A stretch of 64,000 nucleotides of DNA from Leptospiraceae bacterium (GCA_040217195.1 JAVJNR010000005.1:480001-544000), one strand, 5' to 3'. Positions 1 through 10,213 are shown, counted from the first letter of the stretch. Notes: generated by a model not told the origin, from the sequence alone. Made by a program: numbers and translations.

Positions 1-174
1 TACAGAGTTGAGCACCCGGTTTGGCGCATCTTTCCGGTCAATAAAGCAAGGATTGCCGTAGATTTTGAAAAGCTTTACGGCCCTACATGGTCCTTTCTAT
101 CAAGTAGAACTCCCCGTTACTCGTTATTAGCCGAAGGTTCGGACATCAAGGTTCGCTTCCCTTTTGCAATTTAA
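1..174 (+). CDS. C-terminal fragment of DUF2071 (YqjF-like) family protein, truncated by window start
   Basis: Frame 1 is open from base 1 to TAA at 172-174: YRVEHPVWRIFPVNKARIAVDFEKLYGPTWSFLSSRTPRYSLLAEGSDIKVRFPFAI. The Y.VEHP.W...DFE.LYG...LLAEGS pattern matches the DUF2071 C-terminus as I recall it. Not in the ORF track. Confidence 0.7.
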   Translation, partial: YRVEHPVWRIFPVNKARIAVDFEKLYGPTWSFLSSRTPRYSLLAEGSDIKVRFPFAI

Positions 175-577
175 AGCACGGCAGTGATAGTTGATAATCC
201 CTGGCGAGTATAGTACCCCGGGATATGATAGCCACTTATCTCTAATCCTCAGACAGTCCCTTTCCATTCCTCCTCAGTGCTTAATGAGAGAAAGATTAAA
301 ACAAAATCTTTCCTACTTACTCTAAATAGTTGAGTCCAATGGAAATGCAACTTTGAACCGTCTAAAAAATAAAGGGGATCAACCGTACCCTGGTAGGGTG
401 ATTACCATAGAAGAGTGTTAACATAGAAAAAAGACTTTCAAAGTAACGAGGAATATCATCTATTGTCGCAGACTTTTTTGACTATATATAGACTCATATG
501 GTTCGCATGCATTAGCACGCGAACCCCACACGACTGCATATAAAAAAATACGATTGCAAGCAGTCGAAAGAGGAACG

Positions 578-799
578 ATGCCAAAGGAAACAACAAACGT
601 TAGAATACCGCGAGAGCTATTCGAAGAGGCGCGAGAAGCCACAGCGGTCATGGAGCAACGATTAGGATTCAGACCTTCCGTAAGTCAGTTTGTTGAGAAG
701 GCCATTCGGGATTCCATTCGAAGACTTCATGGTGGAGATACAGGTTTTCTAGATTTACTGGAAGCGGAGAAAAAGGAGAATAAATCGCAACGAAAATAG
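578..799 (+). CDS. Small ribbon-helix-helix (CopG/Arc/MetJ-like) DNA-binding protein
   Basis: ATG at 578 with GAGG RBS. TTNVRIPRELFEEA (beta strand plus helix A) followed by G...SVSQFVEKAI (helix B) fits the RHH pattern. Confidence 0.6.
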   Translation: MPKETTNVRIPRELFEEAREATAVMEQRLGFRPSVSQFVEKAIRDSIRRLHGGDTGFLDLLEAEKKENKSQRK

Positions 800-835
800 T
801 TGCTACCGGAACGACCCTGGCCTGGACTCGCTTCC

Positions 836-2794
836 ATGCACCGATCCAGAATTGCCCGGCTGAGATATACTTTCGATAATTTCATGAGCAAGGGAGGCAT
901 GGCTGTATTTCTGGCCCTGCTTACCATGTTTGCAATTTCCTTTGTGGTTCTTTCCGGACTGAGGATTCTGCTTGGCCTTGTTTTACCCGACGATTCCGCT
1001 TCGAATGTTTTTGCTCAGATGTGGAGAGTTTTTCTTCAGATCCTGGACGGAGGCGCCATTGCCGAAGACACGGATGCAAACTGGCTCAGCCGACTTTCCG
1101 GAATAATTACAGTATTTGTAGGACTGATTCTATTTTCCAGCCTGGTTGCTTTTATTACCAGTCAGTTCGAAGCCAAATTAGCGGAGCTGAGGAAAGGAAA
1201 GTCCTCGGTTCTGGAGAGTGACCATGCTGTCATTCTGGGATTCGAAGATCGGATTCTGGATATTCTTCATGAACTGATCATTGCCAATGAAAGCGAATCC
1301 TACGCAGCTGTGGCCATTCTGGCAGATACTGACAAGGAAGAAATGGATGACTTCCTGAACGATCGGTTGCCGGACAGAAAAAGCACTCGTATTGTAACTC
1401 GCAGCGGCTCCACCAGCAGCATTGCATCTTTACGAAAGATGGGTGTAGAACATTGCAATTCCGTTCTTATACTGAATGAAGCTGGTTCTGCAGCCAGTCC
1501 AGAAGAGAGATCCGATGCAGATGCCAGGGTACTGAAATCTATCATCGCTGTGCTGGCAGCCACGGATAAAGAAAATCATCCTCCTGTGGTTGCCGAAATC
1601 CATTCTCCCAGACTGCGCCAGGTCGCTTCCAACCTTTCCGGTGGCAGTATTATTGCAGTGGATCGAGAGTCTCTACTGGCCCGAATGCTTGTTCAAACCT
1701 CCAGAGTGCCAGGGCTGTTTTCAGTATATTCCTCCATGGTGGGCTTCGAAGGGCAGGAAATCTATTTCTATCGTCCGGAAACTGGCTGGCAGAATGAAAG
1801 CTTTGCAGACATTCTATTTCGTTTTTCCGGCTCCGGAGTAATGGGGTTTCGGCATGCCGATGGAGAAATACTGCTGAACCCACCGGCGGATTTTAGACCG
1901 GCGGCCAATGATCAGGCAATCATTCTGGCCGAAGATGATTCCACCATCTACTATCTGGATGAAAAGATCCAGCGACCGGATGTAGAATCGCTACCAGAAC
2001 TTATCATCGAAAAGTCCCAGGAGTCCTATCTGATCTTTGGATGGAACCAGAAAGGACCTGTAATTCTGCGCGAGTATGCGGATTACATTCCATCTGGCTC
2101 TCGCATGAGCATAGTAACCCAGCCAAACGAAGATCATAGAGATACAATTGCTGCCACCATTGAAAGTGTATCCAGAGAGTATCCGTCGCTGACTCTGGAC
2201 TGGCAGGAGCGGGAGTGGAACTCAGGAGGAATCGATCGAGTGGGCCCGGAAAACTATGGAAATGTAATACTGCTGGCCAGGGACGGAACCAATCCGGAGT
2301 CCATTGATGCTGCAAGCATAGCAGGTTTATTGCAGGTCCGCCAGCATCTTGAATCCATTGAAAGGAAAACAGGACATCCGTCTAAGACCAGAGTGATTTC
2401 TGAAATCATGGATTCAGAGAACGTAGATCTGGTTCTGGAAACCGGAGTAAAAGACTTCCTGATATCCAATCAATTTATTTCTAGAATTCTTGCACAGGTT
2501 GCTCTGGAGCCGGATGTGCACTATGTGTATGAGGATCTGTTTTCCCCTGAAGGAAGCGAAATCTATCTGAAACCAATCTCAGCATACTTCCATGATACTT
2601 TGAAGCCCCGTTCCTACGGTGAATGTGTGTCTGCCGCTCTCAAAAGGAAAGAGGTCTGTATTGGAATTCGAATCGCTCGATTTGAAGCCGATCCGGATAG
2701 AAATCATGGCGTGCTGTTAATACCGAAAATGGATGAGCTATTTGAATTCACAGGAAAGGATAATTTGATCGTACTTGCAGAAGATGACAATTGA
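836..2794 (+). CDS. CASTOR/POLLUX (DMI1)-related putative cation channel, 2 TM + pore loop + two RCK-like domains
   Basis: RLRYTFDNFMSKG N-terminus, TM-pore(ILDGG)-TM, LRKGKSSVLESDHAVILG, RSGST, QTSRVPGL..VY...GFEG.EIY and GSEIYLKP motifs. ATG 836 preferred over TTG 800. Confidence 0.85.
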   Translation: MHRSRIARLRYTFDNFMSKGGMAVFLALLTMFAISFVVLSGLRILLGLVLPDDSASNVFAQMWRVFLQILDGGAIAEDTDANWLSRLSGIITVFVGLILFSSLVAFITSQFEAKLAELRKGKSSVLESDHAVILGFEDRILDILHELIIANESESYAAVAILADTDKEEMDDFLNDRLPDRKSTRIVTRSGSTSSIASLRKMGVEHCNSVLILNEAGSAASPEERSDADARVLKSIIAVLAATDKENHPPVVAEIHSPRLRQVASNLSGGSIIAVDRESLLARMLVQTSRVPGLFSVYSSMVGFEGQEIYFYRPETGWQNESFADILFRFSGSGVMGFRHADGEILLNPPADFRPAANDQAIILAEDDSTIYYLDEKIQRPDVESLPELIIEKSQESYLIFGWNQKGPVILREYADYIPSGSRMSIVTQPNEDHRDTIAATIESVSREYPSLTLDWQEREWNSGGIDRVGPENYGNVILLARDGTNPESIDAASIAGLLQVRQHLESIERKTGHPSKTRVISEIMDSENVDLVLETGVKDFLISNQFISRILAQVALEPDVHYVYEDLFSPEGSEIYLKPISAYFHDTLKPRSYGECVSAALKRKEVCIGIRIARFEADPDRNHGVLLIPKMDELFEFTGKDNLIVLAEDDN

Positions 2795-2826
2795 TGGAAT
2801 CTGGAATCGTTAATCCGGGAGGCGCT

Positions 2827-3372
2827 CTATTCATTCCTGGCGCTTCGAACAAAATGTCCCAGATGCGCCGGGTCTTCTGCCTTGCTATTGTTCGCAAAAA
2901 AAGCCTGTAAACAGAACTTTACCGAATTAAATGCAATCTCATCCCAGGGAATCTCCTCCTGCGAAAAAAGTCTAGTTTCCAGGGACTCCACTCCAGGTGA
3001 GAATTCCAGATCCTTCAGACGGGCCAGAAAGAACATATAAACCTGGTTAATATGCGGAATACTGTACACCGTATGCACGGACTCAATATCCACTTCTGCA
3101 TTGGCCTCTTCTCTAGTTTCCCGCGCTGCTCCTTCCTCCACCAGCTCTCCATTCTCCATGAATCCGGCCGGGATGGTCCAGAATCCATGCCTTGGTTCTA
3201 TGGCCCTACGACACAACAAAACCTGCTTATCCCAGTAGGGCAGGCAGCCAACAATCAGTCTGGGGTTTTCATAGTGGATGGTTCCGCATTTGTTGCACAG
3301 AAACCTGGGCAAATTGTCCCCATCTGGAACTCTAAAGTCCAGTTCGGCAGCGCAATGAGAGCAGAACTTCAT
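2827..3372 (-). CDS. NUDIX hydrolase with N-terminal zinc ribbon
   Basis: MKFCSHC...C..CG.IHYENP and Nudix box GFMENGELVEEGAARETREEA. Confidence 0.9.
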   Translation of the reverse strand: MKFCSHCAAELDFRVPDGDNLPRFLCNKCGTIHYENPRLIVGCLPYWDKQVLLCRRAIEPRHGFWTIPAGFMENGELVEEGAARETREEANAEVDIESVHTVYSIPHINQVYMFFLARLKDLEFSPGVESLETRLFSQEEIPWDEIAFNSVKFCLQAFFANNSKAEDPAHLGHFVRSARNE

Positions 3373-3531
3373 GCAGTTCCCCTCCGCTGCCTTTCAGGGC
3401 TAGAATTCATTTTGAATCGTTTTACGAAAGCTCTCATGACTTTATCCAGGGCCACAGCATGGCCGGGTTTTTCTGGAGCACAAATAAAATGGGAAGATTT
3501 CTGCAGATACATTCTGTAGTATGGGGATGCC

Positions 3532-3921
3532 ATGTGGGAGTATTTAGTAAAAAAGATTCGGCCATCCAGGCCTAAAAAAGAAGGCACCGATTTCCATGCC
3601 TCAGCACCAGTGAGACCATCTCATGCAGAAAATCCAGTGGAAATGCATTCTGATTCTGAAATTCCAGGAACTACTTTATCTTCTGCTGGCGCTAACAGAC
3701 CGGAGAAGAAGCGTCATCTCCACTGCCCTGTATGCGATGAAATGATGGATATCAAAAAAATGGGACCTGTAGAAATCGATGTTTGTCCTTCCTGCAAAGG
3801 TGTTTTTCTTGATCGGGGCGAATTGCAGACTCTTACCGGATATGATTTGAAAACAGGACAGCGTCTCCAGGACGATTCCCATTACATTCTGTATACTCCT
3901 AAAGGTCTGGAAGACTTCTAG
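3532..3921 (+). CDS. zf-TFIIB-like zinc-finger protein
   Basis: CPVC...EIDVCPSCKGVFLDRGEL signature. Confidence 0.75.
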   Translation: MWEYLVKKIRPSRPKKEGTDFHASAPVRPSHAENPVEMHSDSEIPGTTLSSAGANRPEKKRHLHCPVCDEMMDIKKMGPVEIDVCPSCKGVFLDRGELQTLTGYDLKTGQRLQDDSHYILYTPKGLEDF

Positions 3922-4133
3922 AGTTCCCGAATCCTTACATTGTAGCCAGCCTGTTTTAGCATGGTCATTTCCTGAGGGCTGGCCAGCTTAACCGATAGTC
4001 CCTGTTTAATGAATTCCAGAGGAGTGACCATTCCAATTTCGTCTACCACCAACATGGCCTGTCCGCTGTGCTTTTCAAGCCTGCCCTGTAACTCTTTGTA
4101 GCCATATCGAATGGAATGGGATTTGATTATCAT
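3918..4133 (-). CDS. Small hypothetical protein
   Basis: 71-aa ORF co-oriented with and 22 bp downstream of the amidohydrolase, with a CAGGAG RBS. Confidence 0.65.
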   Translation of the reverse strand: MIIKSHSIRYGYKELQGRLEKHSGQAMLVVDEIGMVTPLEFIKQGLSVKLASPQEMTMLKQAGYNVRIREL

Positions 4134-4155
4134 GCAGTTCTCCTGTGAACCCGAT

Positions 4156-5349
4156 TCAACGGGAGGCCGGCCACTCTGAAAAGAAGTTCTCTACCAGCTG
4201 TACCCAATATCGGATTCCAGTCTCCAGGATTTCATCGTTAAAATCGTAAGCTGGATTATGCAGTAAACATCCACCTTCGCCTGGCCCGTTTCCAATCCAG
4301 GCATAGCAGCCAGGAACGCTCTGTAGCATGTATCCGAAATCCTCGGAACCGGTGCTCGGTTGCACTGGATCCACCAAACGATCCTGTCCCACTAATTGGA
4401 TGGCTGTCTTTCGGGCAAGCTCTGTAGAATTTCTTTCATTGATGGTGGCCGGATAACCATCTTTCCAGGCGATATCAGATTCAACGCCGTTTGCCTGAGC
4501 CAGGCCGGCCACCGTGCGTTCAATTTCCTGTATCATGCGATTTCGATGCTCTGGTTCAAAGGTTCTTAAAGTTCCAGATAGCTCTGCAACCGCCGGTAGC
4601 ACATTATAGGCATCCCCGGCATGAAATTTTGTAATCGATAATACGGAAGGCTCAAATGGATGATTGCGACTGGTCAGTTTCTGCAAAGACTGTATAATTT
4701 CGGAAGCTACTAGAATTACGTCGTCTCCAAATTGTGGCATAGCCGCATGACATCCTTCTCCCCGCACAATCAGGTCGAATCGATCATAGGCAGCCATGAT
4801 TGGGCCTTCGCACAATCCAATGCTTCCTGCAGGCATACCGGGCCAATTATGTAATGCGAAAATACGTTCTACAGGGAATTGCCTGAATAATCCCTGATCC
4901 ACCATCTCTTTGCCCCCTCCTTCATTTTCCTCCGCAGGCTGAAAGATAAGAACTACATCGCCAGCAAAGGGACTTTGCTTCCACTGATGCATGAGTATTT
5001 CCGAAGCTCCCAGCAGCATGGATGTATGACCATCGTGTCCACATGCATGCATGGTACCTTTATGAGTTGAGATGTACGGTTTATCTTTTCCTGGAGTGGG
5101 CTTTTCATCTATGGGCAGTGCATCCATATCCGCTCGCAGGCCAATGCCACCTGATTTTCCCTGACCGCGAAGAACTCCTACAACACCTGTTCTGGCCAGA
5201 CCGGTATGCACTTCGTATCCCAGTTCCTCTAAACGACTGGCTACGATTTGTGAGGTTCTATGCTCCTGAAAGGCAAGCTCTGGATGAGCATGAATATCCT
5301 GACGATAGCTTCGAGCCCTGCTCACTGCTTCTTGAACTAATTGCGCCAT
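4156..5349 (-). CDS. M20D family amidohydrolase (hippurate hydrolase-like)
   Basis: HPELAFQE, LRADMDALP, MHACGHDGH, FQPAEE, HNWP, GSEDF and LHNP motifs. Confidence 0.92.
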   Translation of the reverse strand: MAQLVQEAVSRARSYRQDIHAHPELAFQEHRTSQIVASRLEELGYEVHTGLARTGVVGVLRGQGKSGGIGLRADMDALPIDEKPTPGKDKPYISTHKGTMHACGHDGHTSMLLGASEILMHQWKQSPFAGDVVLIFQPAEENEGGGKEMVDQGLFRQFPVERIFALHNWPGMPAGSIGLCEGPIMAAYDRFDLIVRGEGCHAAMPQFGDDVILVASEIIQSLQKLTSRNHPFEPSVLSITKFHAGDAYNVLPAVAELSGTLRTFEPEHRNRMIQEIERTVAGLAQANGVESDIAWKDGYPATINERNSTELARKTAIQLVGQDRLVDPVQPSTGSEDFGYMLQSVPGCYAWIGNGPGEGGCLLHNPAYDFNDEILETGIRYWVQLVENFFSEWPASR

Positions 5350-5521
5350 ACTGACAGAAACGATAGAAGCACCTGAATTCGGCCAGTCTCTTTTTGCCTG
5401 AAGAAAGCGCCTATCTGGATTGCACTTATTGGATTTGATACTGAACCAGGATGTCCACCGTCTATCCAGGCAATCCAGTGGTCCGATGGAGTTCCGTGTC
5501 CAGAAGAGAATACGATAGTCT

Positions 5522-6064
5522 TTAAACGGTTGTGCTTGCCTGTTTCGCTCGTCCAGGAGCCACTCCGGCCGGCGTTAGCAATGCGAACTTCTTGGGTGTT
5601 TCTGGTAGATAGAGCACATCCACAGAATCGCCTACAGAAAGCCTATCCTCCTTCATAGCCCCCATGATAGCTGAGCGGCCCAGCCATAGAAGGCCACCTT
5701 GATCTTTGTATTCTACTCGGAGAATTAGAGTGGAAGCCGTTAGATCTGATTTAGTTACCGTCCCGGATGTATGAACCGACTCTATGAGCAGAGCTTCCAA
5801 ATTTCGGGCGATGAAGTGATTGGCCCAGGCAAAGTACAATGGAATGAGAGCCAGCCCCAGAGCCATAAGTAGTCCATAGGGCCAGATAACCATTCCTTCC
5901 CGAAAATATACACGAAGCAACGCAATGCCAAATACAACAACACTGACACCAATTAGAACTCTGGAGTAAGTTCGATTCTTTCCGAAAAAGGGTCTGACCT
6001 GTTCCAGAGCTCGCGGAGGAGGAGTTTTCAGTACGCTGATATCTTTGCTATCCTTTGCATCCAT
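5522..6064 (-). CDS. Membrane protein, 2 TM + C-terminal OB-like region (DUF3592-like)
   Basis: Two hydrophobic segments, then GTV...VEY...VGDSVDVLYLPETP. Confidence 0.55.
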   Translation of the reverse strand: MDAKDSKDISVLKTPPPRALEQVRPFFGKNRTYSRVLIGVSVVVFGIALLRVYFREGMVIWPYGLLMALGLALIPLYFAWANHFIARNLEALLIESVHTSGTVTKSDLTASTLILRVEYKDQGGLLWLGRSAIMGAMKEDRLSVGDSVDVLYLPETPKKFALLTPAGVAPGRAKQASTTV

Positions 6065-6172
6065 GGCATAACTCCTTCAGATAGGCGCCGGTTTAGATTC
6101 TATGGCACCGGCACTTTCGATCTTTGATCCTTCCCGATGCACACCATCGGAGCCTTCCGGATTCCCGGCGAT

Positions 6173-7006
6173 CTAAATGCGAGCCTGTATGAAACTTGCG
6201 ATATCTTCGTAGACCCGCTCTTTTTTTACTTCGTTCAGGACTTCATGATAATAGCCATCGTATTCTTCGTATTTCTTATCCTGGGAACCGATGTTTTCGA
6301 AGAAGTCCCTTGTGGACGGTACACTTACAATTTGATCTGCTCCGCCCTGCCCCACAAAGATTGGTAGTTTGATTTTAGAGGCATCTTCTACTACATGGGC
6401 TTGATGTTTCACTACTTCCATGAACCATCGTGCTGTTGCACTTGTAAAGACCAGAGGATCATTCTTATAGGCATCTACAATACCTGCATCGTGAGAGAGC
6501 AAAGCTGGATCCAGACCAGCGGGAACTGCGGCCCCTGGAATAATTCCGGAGATAGTTTTGGCAAGAGTCTTCTTCCAGCCTGGAACTGGCACTCCCAGAC
6601 CCAGAAATGGACTGGTCATTACAGCACCATGAATGGGACGGCTGAGCTGACCTCGTTCCAGATATCGGGAGGTAACCAGGCCACCCATGGAATGACTTCC
6701 AAGAAAGAATGGAAGGTCGCCGGCCACATCCCTGGTCCAGTGTAGAAGTGCATCTACATCCAGAAAATAGTCTTCAAACTTTTTTACAAAGCCCCGCTTT
6801 CCGTCGGACTGGCCATGACCTCTCAGATCCAGGGCCACGAAAGAAACATTCTTTTCGGCAATCCATCCGCCAAAGTGGGTATATCGATCTTTGTGCTCGG
6901 CGAATCCGGGTATCCAGACAAGGAAGGCTTCCGGCCTGGCGGCCGGCACATACATGGCTTTCAGATTCTTTTCATCTGCTGTCTTTAGTTCTATATATTG
7001 CGGCAT
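6173..7006 (-). CDS. Alpha/beta hydrolase, lysophospholipase/monoglyceride lipase type (Hydrolase_4)
   Basis: PGFAEH, DLRGHGQSDG, SHSMGG nucleophile elbow, GGADQIV, YHEVLNE. Confidence 0.9.
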   Translation of the reverse strand: MPQYIELKTADEKNLKAMYVPAARPEAFLVWIPGFAEHKDRYTHFGGWIAEKNVSFVALDLRGHGQSDGKRGFVKKFEDYFLDVDALLHWTRDVAGDLPFFLGSHSMGGLVTSRYLERGQLSRPIHGAVMTSPFLGLGVPVPGWKKTLAKTISGIIPGAAVPAGLDPALLSHDAGIVDAYKNDPLVFTSATARWFMEVVKHQAHVVEDASKIKLPIFVGQGGADQIVSVPSTRDFFENIGSQDKKYEEYDGYYHEVLNEVKKERVYEDIASFIQARI

Positions 7007-7096
7007 GGTCCTTATTTGTCACAGCCTTCGAAGATGAAAACACAAAATTCGAATGGTTGACCGCTGATCTGCCGAACGGAGCATGAAGCTACTTCC

Positions 7097-8275
7097 ATGA
7101 AAGAAGCACAGAAAACAGCCCTACAGAGCTACAAACGAGTGGCAGTGATCCATGACTGGCTCACAGGAATGCGTGGAGGGGAGGTAGTTCTGGAAGCCAT
7201 TCTGGAGCAATTCCCGGATGCAGAGCTATTTACACTGTTGCATGTTCCCGGAAGCTGCTCCGAACTGATCGAAAAACGCCCCATCCATACTTCCTTTATT
7301 CAGAAATTTCCATTCAAGAAAAAACTATACAGGCATTACCTTCCTTTTTTCCCCACGGCAATCGAAGAATTCGACTTTCATGGATTCGATCTGGTGATTT
7401 CCAGCTCCCATTGTGTGGCAAAGAGTGTAATTGTCCCTCCGGATGTAGCCCATGTATCTTTTGTTCACAGTCCCATGCGATACGTCTGGGATATGTACAG
7501 GCAATACTTTCCAGGCAAGGGCCTGGTTCAGAAGCTTTTGATTCCCTTCTTTGCAAACTATTTACGTACCTGGGATGCAGCCAGTGCTCATCGAGTGGAT
7601 GATTATATGTCCAACAGCGCATTTGTGGCTAACCGCATTCGTAGATTCTATGGACGATCTGCTACCGTGGTGCATCCTCCCTGCCTGGAAATTGCTCCTC
7701 GGGCAAAAGACATACCAGATCCAGAAGGTTCTCAAAGAGAGGATTTCTATCTGGTTCTGAGTGCTCTTGTGCCCTACAAACGAATTGATCTTGCCGTTCA
7801 GGCATTCAATGATTCTGGCAGAAAGCTGGTGATAGCTGGCCGCGGGCCGGAAGAAAAAAAATTACGGGCCATGGCCAGCCCCAACATTCAATTCATGGGC
7901 CACGTTGAGCATTCTGAAATTCGAGAACTCTATTCCAGAGCCCGGGGATTGATCTTTCCGGGAGTGGAAGACTTTGGTATAGTTCCTGTAGAAGCGCAGG
8001 CCGCAGGTTGCCCGATATTGGCCCTGGGGCGTGGCGGAGCCCTGGAGACGGTGGTGAATAACAGGACCGGAGTTTTCTTTTCTGAAGAAACTTCCGCCTC
8101 TCTCAATGAAGCTGTGTCCAGAAGAGAGAGCATCAGGTTCAGGACTGCGGACTTCGCAAACAGCACAGCAAGGTTTACTCTTGCTGCCTTTCAACAGGGC
8201 CTGGCTGCGAGCATTCGCAGAGCTCAGAAAATGGTATCCGGCTCGCAGAACTCTCAGAAGAGGAGAATCAGGTGA
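7097..8275 (+). CDS. GT4 family glycosyltransferase
   Basis: HDWLTGMRGGE, SSSHCVAK, HSPMRY.WD, YKRIDL, EDFGIVPVEAQAAG. Confidence 0.92.
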   Translation: MKEAQKTALQSYKRVAVIHDWLTGMRGGEVVLEAILEQFPDAELFTLLHVPGSCSELIEKRPIHTSFIQKFPFKKKLYRHYLPFFPTAIEEFDFHGFDLVISSSHCVAKSVIVPPDVAHVSFVHSPMRYVWDMYRQYFPGKGLVQKLLIPFFANYLRTWDAASAHRVDDYMSNSAFVANRIRRFYGRSATVVHPPCLEIAPRAKDIPDPEGSQREDFYLVLSALVPYKRIDLAVQAFNDSGRKLVIAGRGPEEKKLRAMASPNIQFMGHVEHSEIRELYSRARGLIFPGVEDFGIVPVEAQAAGCPILALGRGGALETVVNNRTGVFFSEETSASLNEAVSRRESIRFRTADFANSTARFTLAAFQQGLAASIRRAQKMVSGSQNSQKRRIR

Positions 8276-9321
8276 AGATTTTATTTGTTACAGACATCCA
8301 CGATGCATTGAAGGAATTAAGGGTACTTCTTTCCTCCACCGAGGCTGATCTTTACCTGCTCTGCGGCGACATACTGTATCATGCATTTTACGATGAGGAT
8401 AAGATCTATCAATTTGTATGCCTTCAGGAAGAGTTCTATTCAGAGGCCAAGCAGCAGGATAAAAAAATCATGCCCTATGACCTGGCCACGGAAATGCTGA
8501 GGTATCCAACGAAAAAAGGGGCAGATGCTGAAGAGTGGAATCTGAAAGCAGCCGAGTATCGGATGCTCTTTCATAAAGCCGGCAAGACTATGAAAGAAAA
8601 GTATGAGCTCATTGAAGAGCTGGTGGAAAAATACGGCAATGCTTCCTGTCTGATGCTTCCAGGAAATTACGATATTGATCTAAGATACACACGATTGGCA
8701 CATAGAGACCTGCACCATAAAGAGGTGAATCTAAACGGGTTAAAGTTTGCCGGATACGGCGGAGCCCCAATTGCCACTTCCGGTATCCCCGAAAAACTGG
8801 CCATTACCTATCATGAGTCCAGAGAAAATGGAGCTCTATATTCGGAGCCAGAGGAGTTCTTCGACCAGTGCCAGCCAGACGTAATGGTTTTGCACAATCC
8901 CGCTTATGGCTTCTTTGATCGAGTGCCAACCATCGGTCATGTGGGCTCTCCCGGAATTCGCAATTACCTGGATCGTCAATCCGCGTCTCTTGTAGTGTCC
9001 GGTCATGTACACGAAGATTACGGTATTGCGCGAAAAAAAGATGGAACTGTGCTACTGAATCCATCGAACTTCGGAGGCGTGGATTCGCCCTATGGATATC
9101 AGCCCGGTGGTATATTTGCTGAGATAAAAATGGATGGCAGGGACTTTAAAGAGTTAAAGCTTCGCAGGCTGGCCGGAAATGAAGTGCAGGATCTGTTACT
9201 TGTAACCCTGGAAGGTGAAGAGCTAAAGGCCCGGGCTCTAAAGCATCTGGACCAGTCTCACCTGGATCTGAGTGGATTCGTTCGGGATCATGCCGGGCAA
9301 CCTGTGGAACTATTTGGTTAG
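8272..9321 (+). CDS. Calcineurin-like metallophosphoesterase
   Basis: TDIH, CGD, PGNYD, LHNP and SGHVHE motifs. GTG start overlaps the GT4 stop (GTGA). Confidence 0.88.
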   Translation: MKILFVTDIHDALKELRVLLSSTEADLYLLCGDILYHAFYDEDKIYQFVCLQEEFYSEAKQQDKKIMPYDLATEMLRYPTKKGADAEEWNLKAAEYRMLFHKAGKTMKEKYELIEELVEKYGNASCLMLPGNYDIDLRYTRLAHRDLHHKEVNLNGLKFAGYGGAPIATSGIPEKLAITYHESRENGALYSEPEEFFDQCQPDVMVLHNPAYGFFDRVPTIGHVGSPGIRNYLDRQSASLVVSGHVHEDYGIARKKDGTVLLNPSNFGGVDSPYGYQPGGIFAEIKMDGRDFKELKLRRLAGNEVQDLLLVTLEGEELKARALKHLDQSHLDLSGFVRDHAGQPVELFG

Positions 9322-9347
9322 AGATAACCTCTTTCGGAGCAATCAAA

Positions 9348-10046
9348 TTGAATCCCTTTGCCCAAAATCCAGTGATCGAGGATTATAACCTCATCAAGCG
9401 CTATTTTCGTGAATACGAAACTTCGCATAGCAAGAATCGCATGCGAGATTTTCGTAAATTCGCAAGGATGATCCAGGAAGCCGGGTACCAGGTGGCCTTC
9501 GATTTTGTGGGATCGGTGAATTTTGGTCAGGCAGATACAAATTCCGACGTAGACTTTGTTCTGTACCTGGCCTGTGAAAAGAATTACACCGGTGAATGCG
9601 ATGATACACATTGCAGAACCAGGCATCAGATTGAAAACCTACTCATTCGCACTCTGATACGAGAATATGTAGTCCGTCCCTATGAAATTCAGGTAGTGGA
9701 TTGTCTGAATCTGAATCTTCTGGATGCGGAGCTGGAACGCGGCGATGCCATGTCCCCTGCCCTTTTTCGATTCGCATTCTATCGTTCCATATGCCGCTGC
9801 GTAAATGCAAGGGTACTGAAACCGTATCTGAATCGATTGATGGCCAATCCAGAGCTATTGAACGGATTACATTCTGAACTTGCTGCGGTATTTGATGGAT
9901 TAAATCGCTGGTCTCCACATAGCATTTCATTCAGCAAGTACAAAAGTCGACTGGAAGATTTTGGCGTGCGAATACCGGACTCCATGCTGGAAAAGATTCG
10001 CTCCCATCTGGACTTTGGCAAGGATCACATGGCTGATGGGATCTAG
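9348..10046 (+). CDS. Putative Pol-beta superfamily nucleotidyltransferase
   Basis: hGS-x9-SDVD motif (FVGSVNFGQADTNSDVDFVLY) and a candidate third Asp in IQVVD. TTG start 26 bp after the phosphoesterase. Confidence 0.65.
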   Translation: MNPFAQNPVIEDYNLIKRYFREYETSHSKNRMRDFRKFARMIQEAGYQVAFDFVGSVNFGQADTNSDVDFVLYLACEKNYTGECDDTHCRTRHQIENLLIRTLIREYVVRPYEIQVVDCLNLNLLDAELERGDAMSPALFRFAFYRSICRCVNARVLKPYLNRLMANPELLNGLHSELAAVFDGLNRWSPHSISFSKYKSRLEDFGVRIPDSMLEKIRSHLDFGKDHMADGI

Positions 10047-10213
10047 GCAATCTCCATTGTAATGACCCTGTTGCCAGGTTGTGACCACTCGATACTGGTC
10101 CGGCCCCAACGGCATCCATAGATCTAAGATCTAATTTTCCAACAAACCGGCTGGTACAGGGAGCCACGAGAAATCCGCTTTCCTTCCAGGGCTGAAATCG
10201 CTATCTATAGGTC

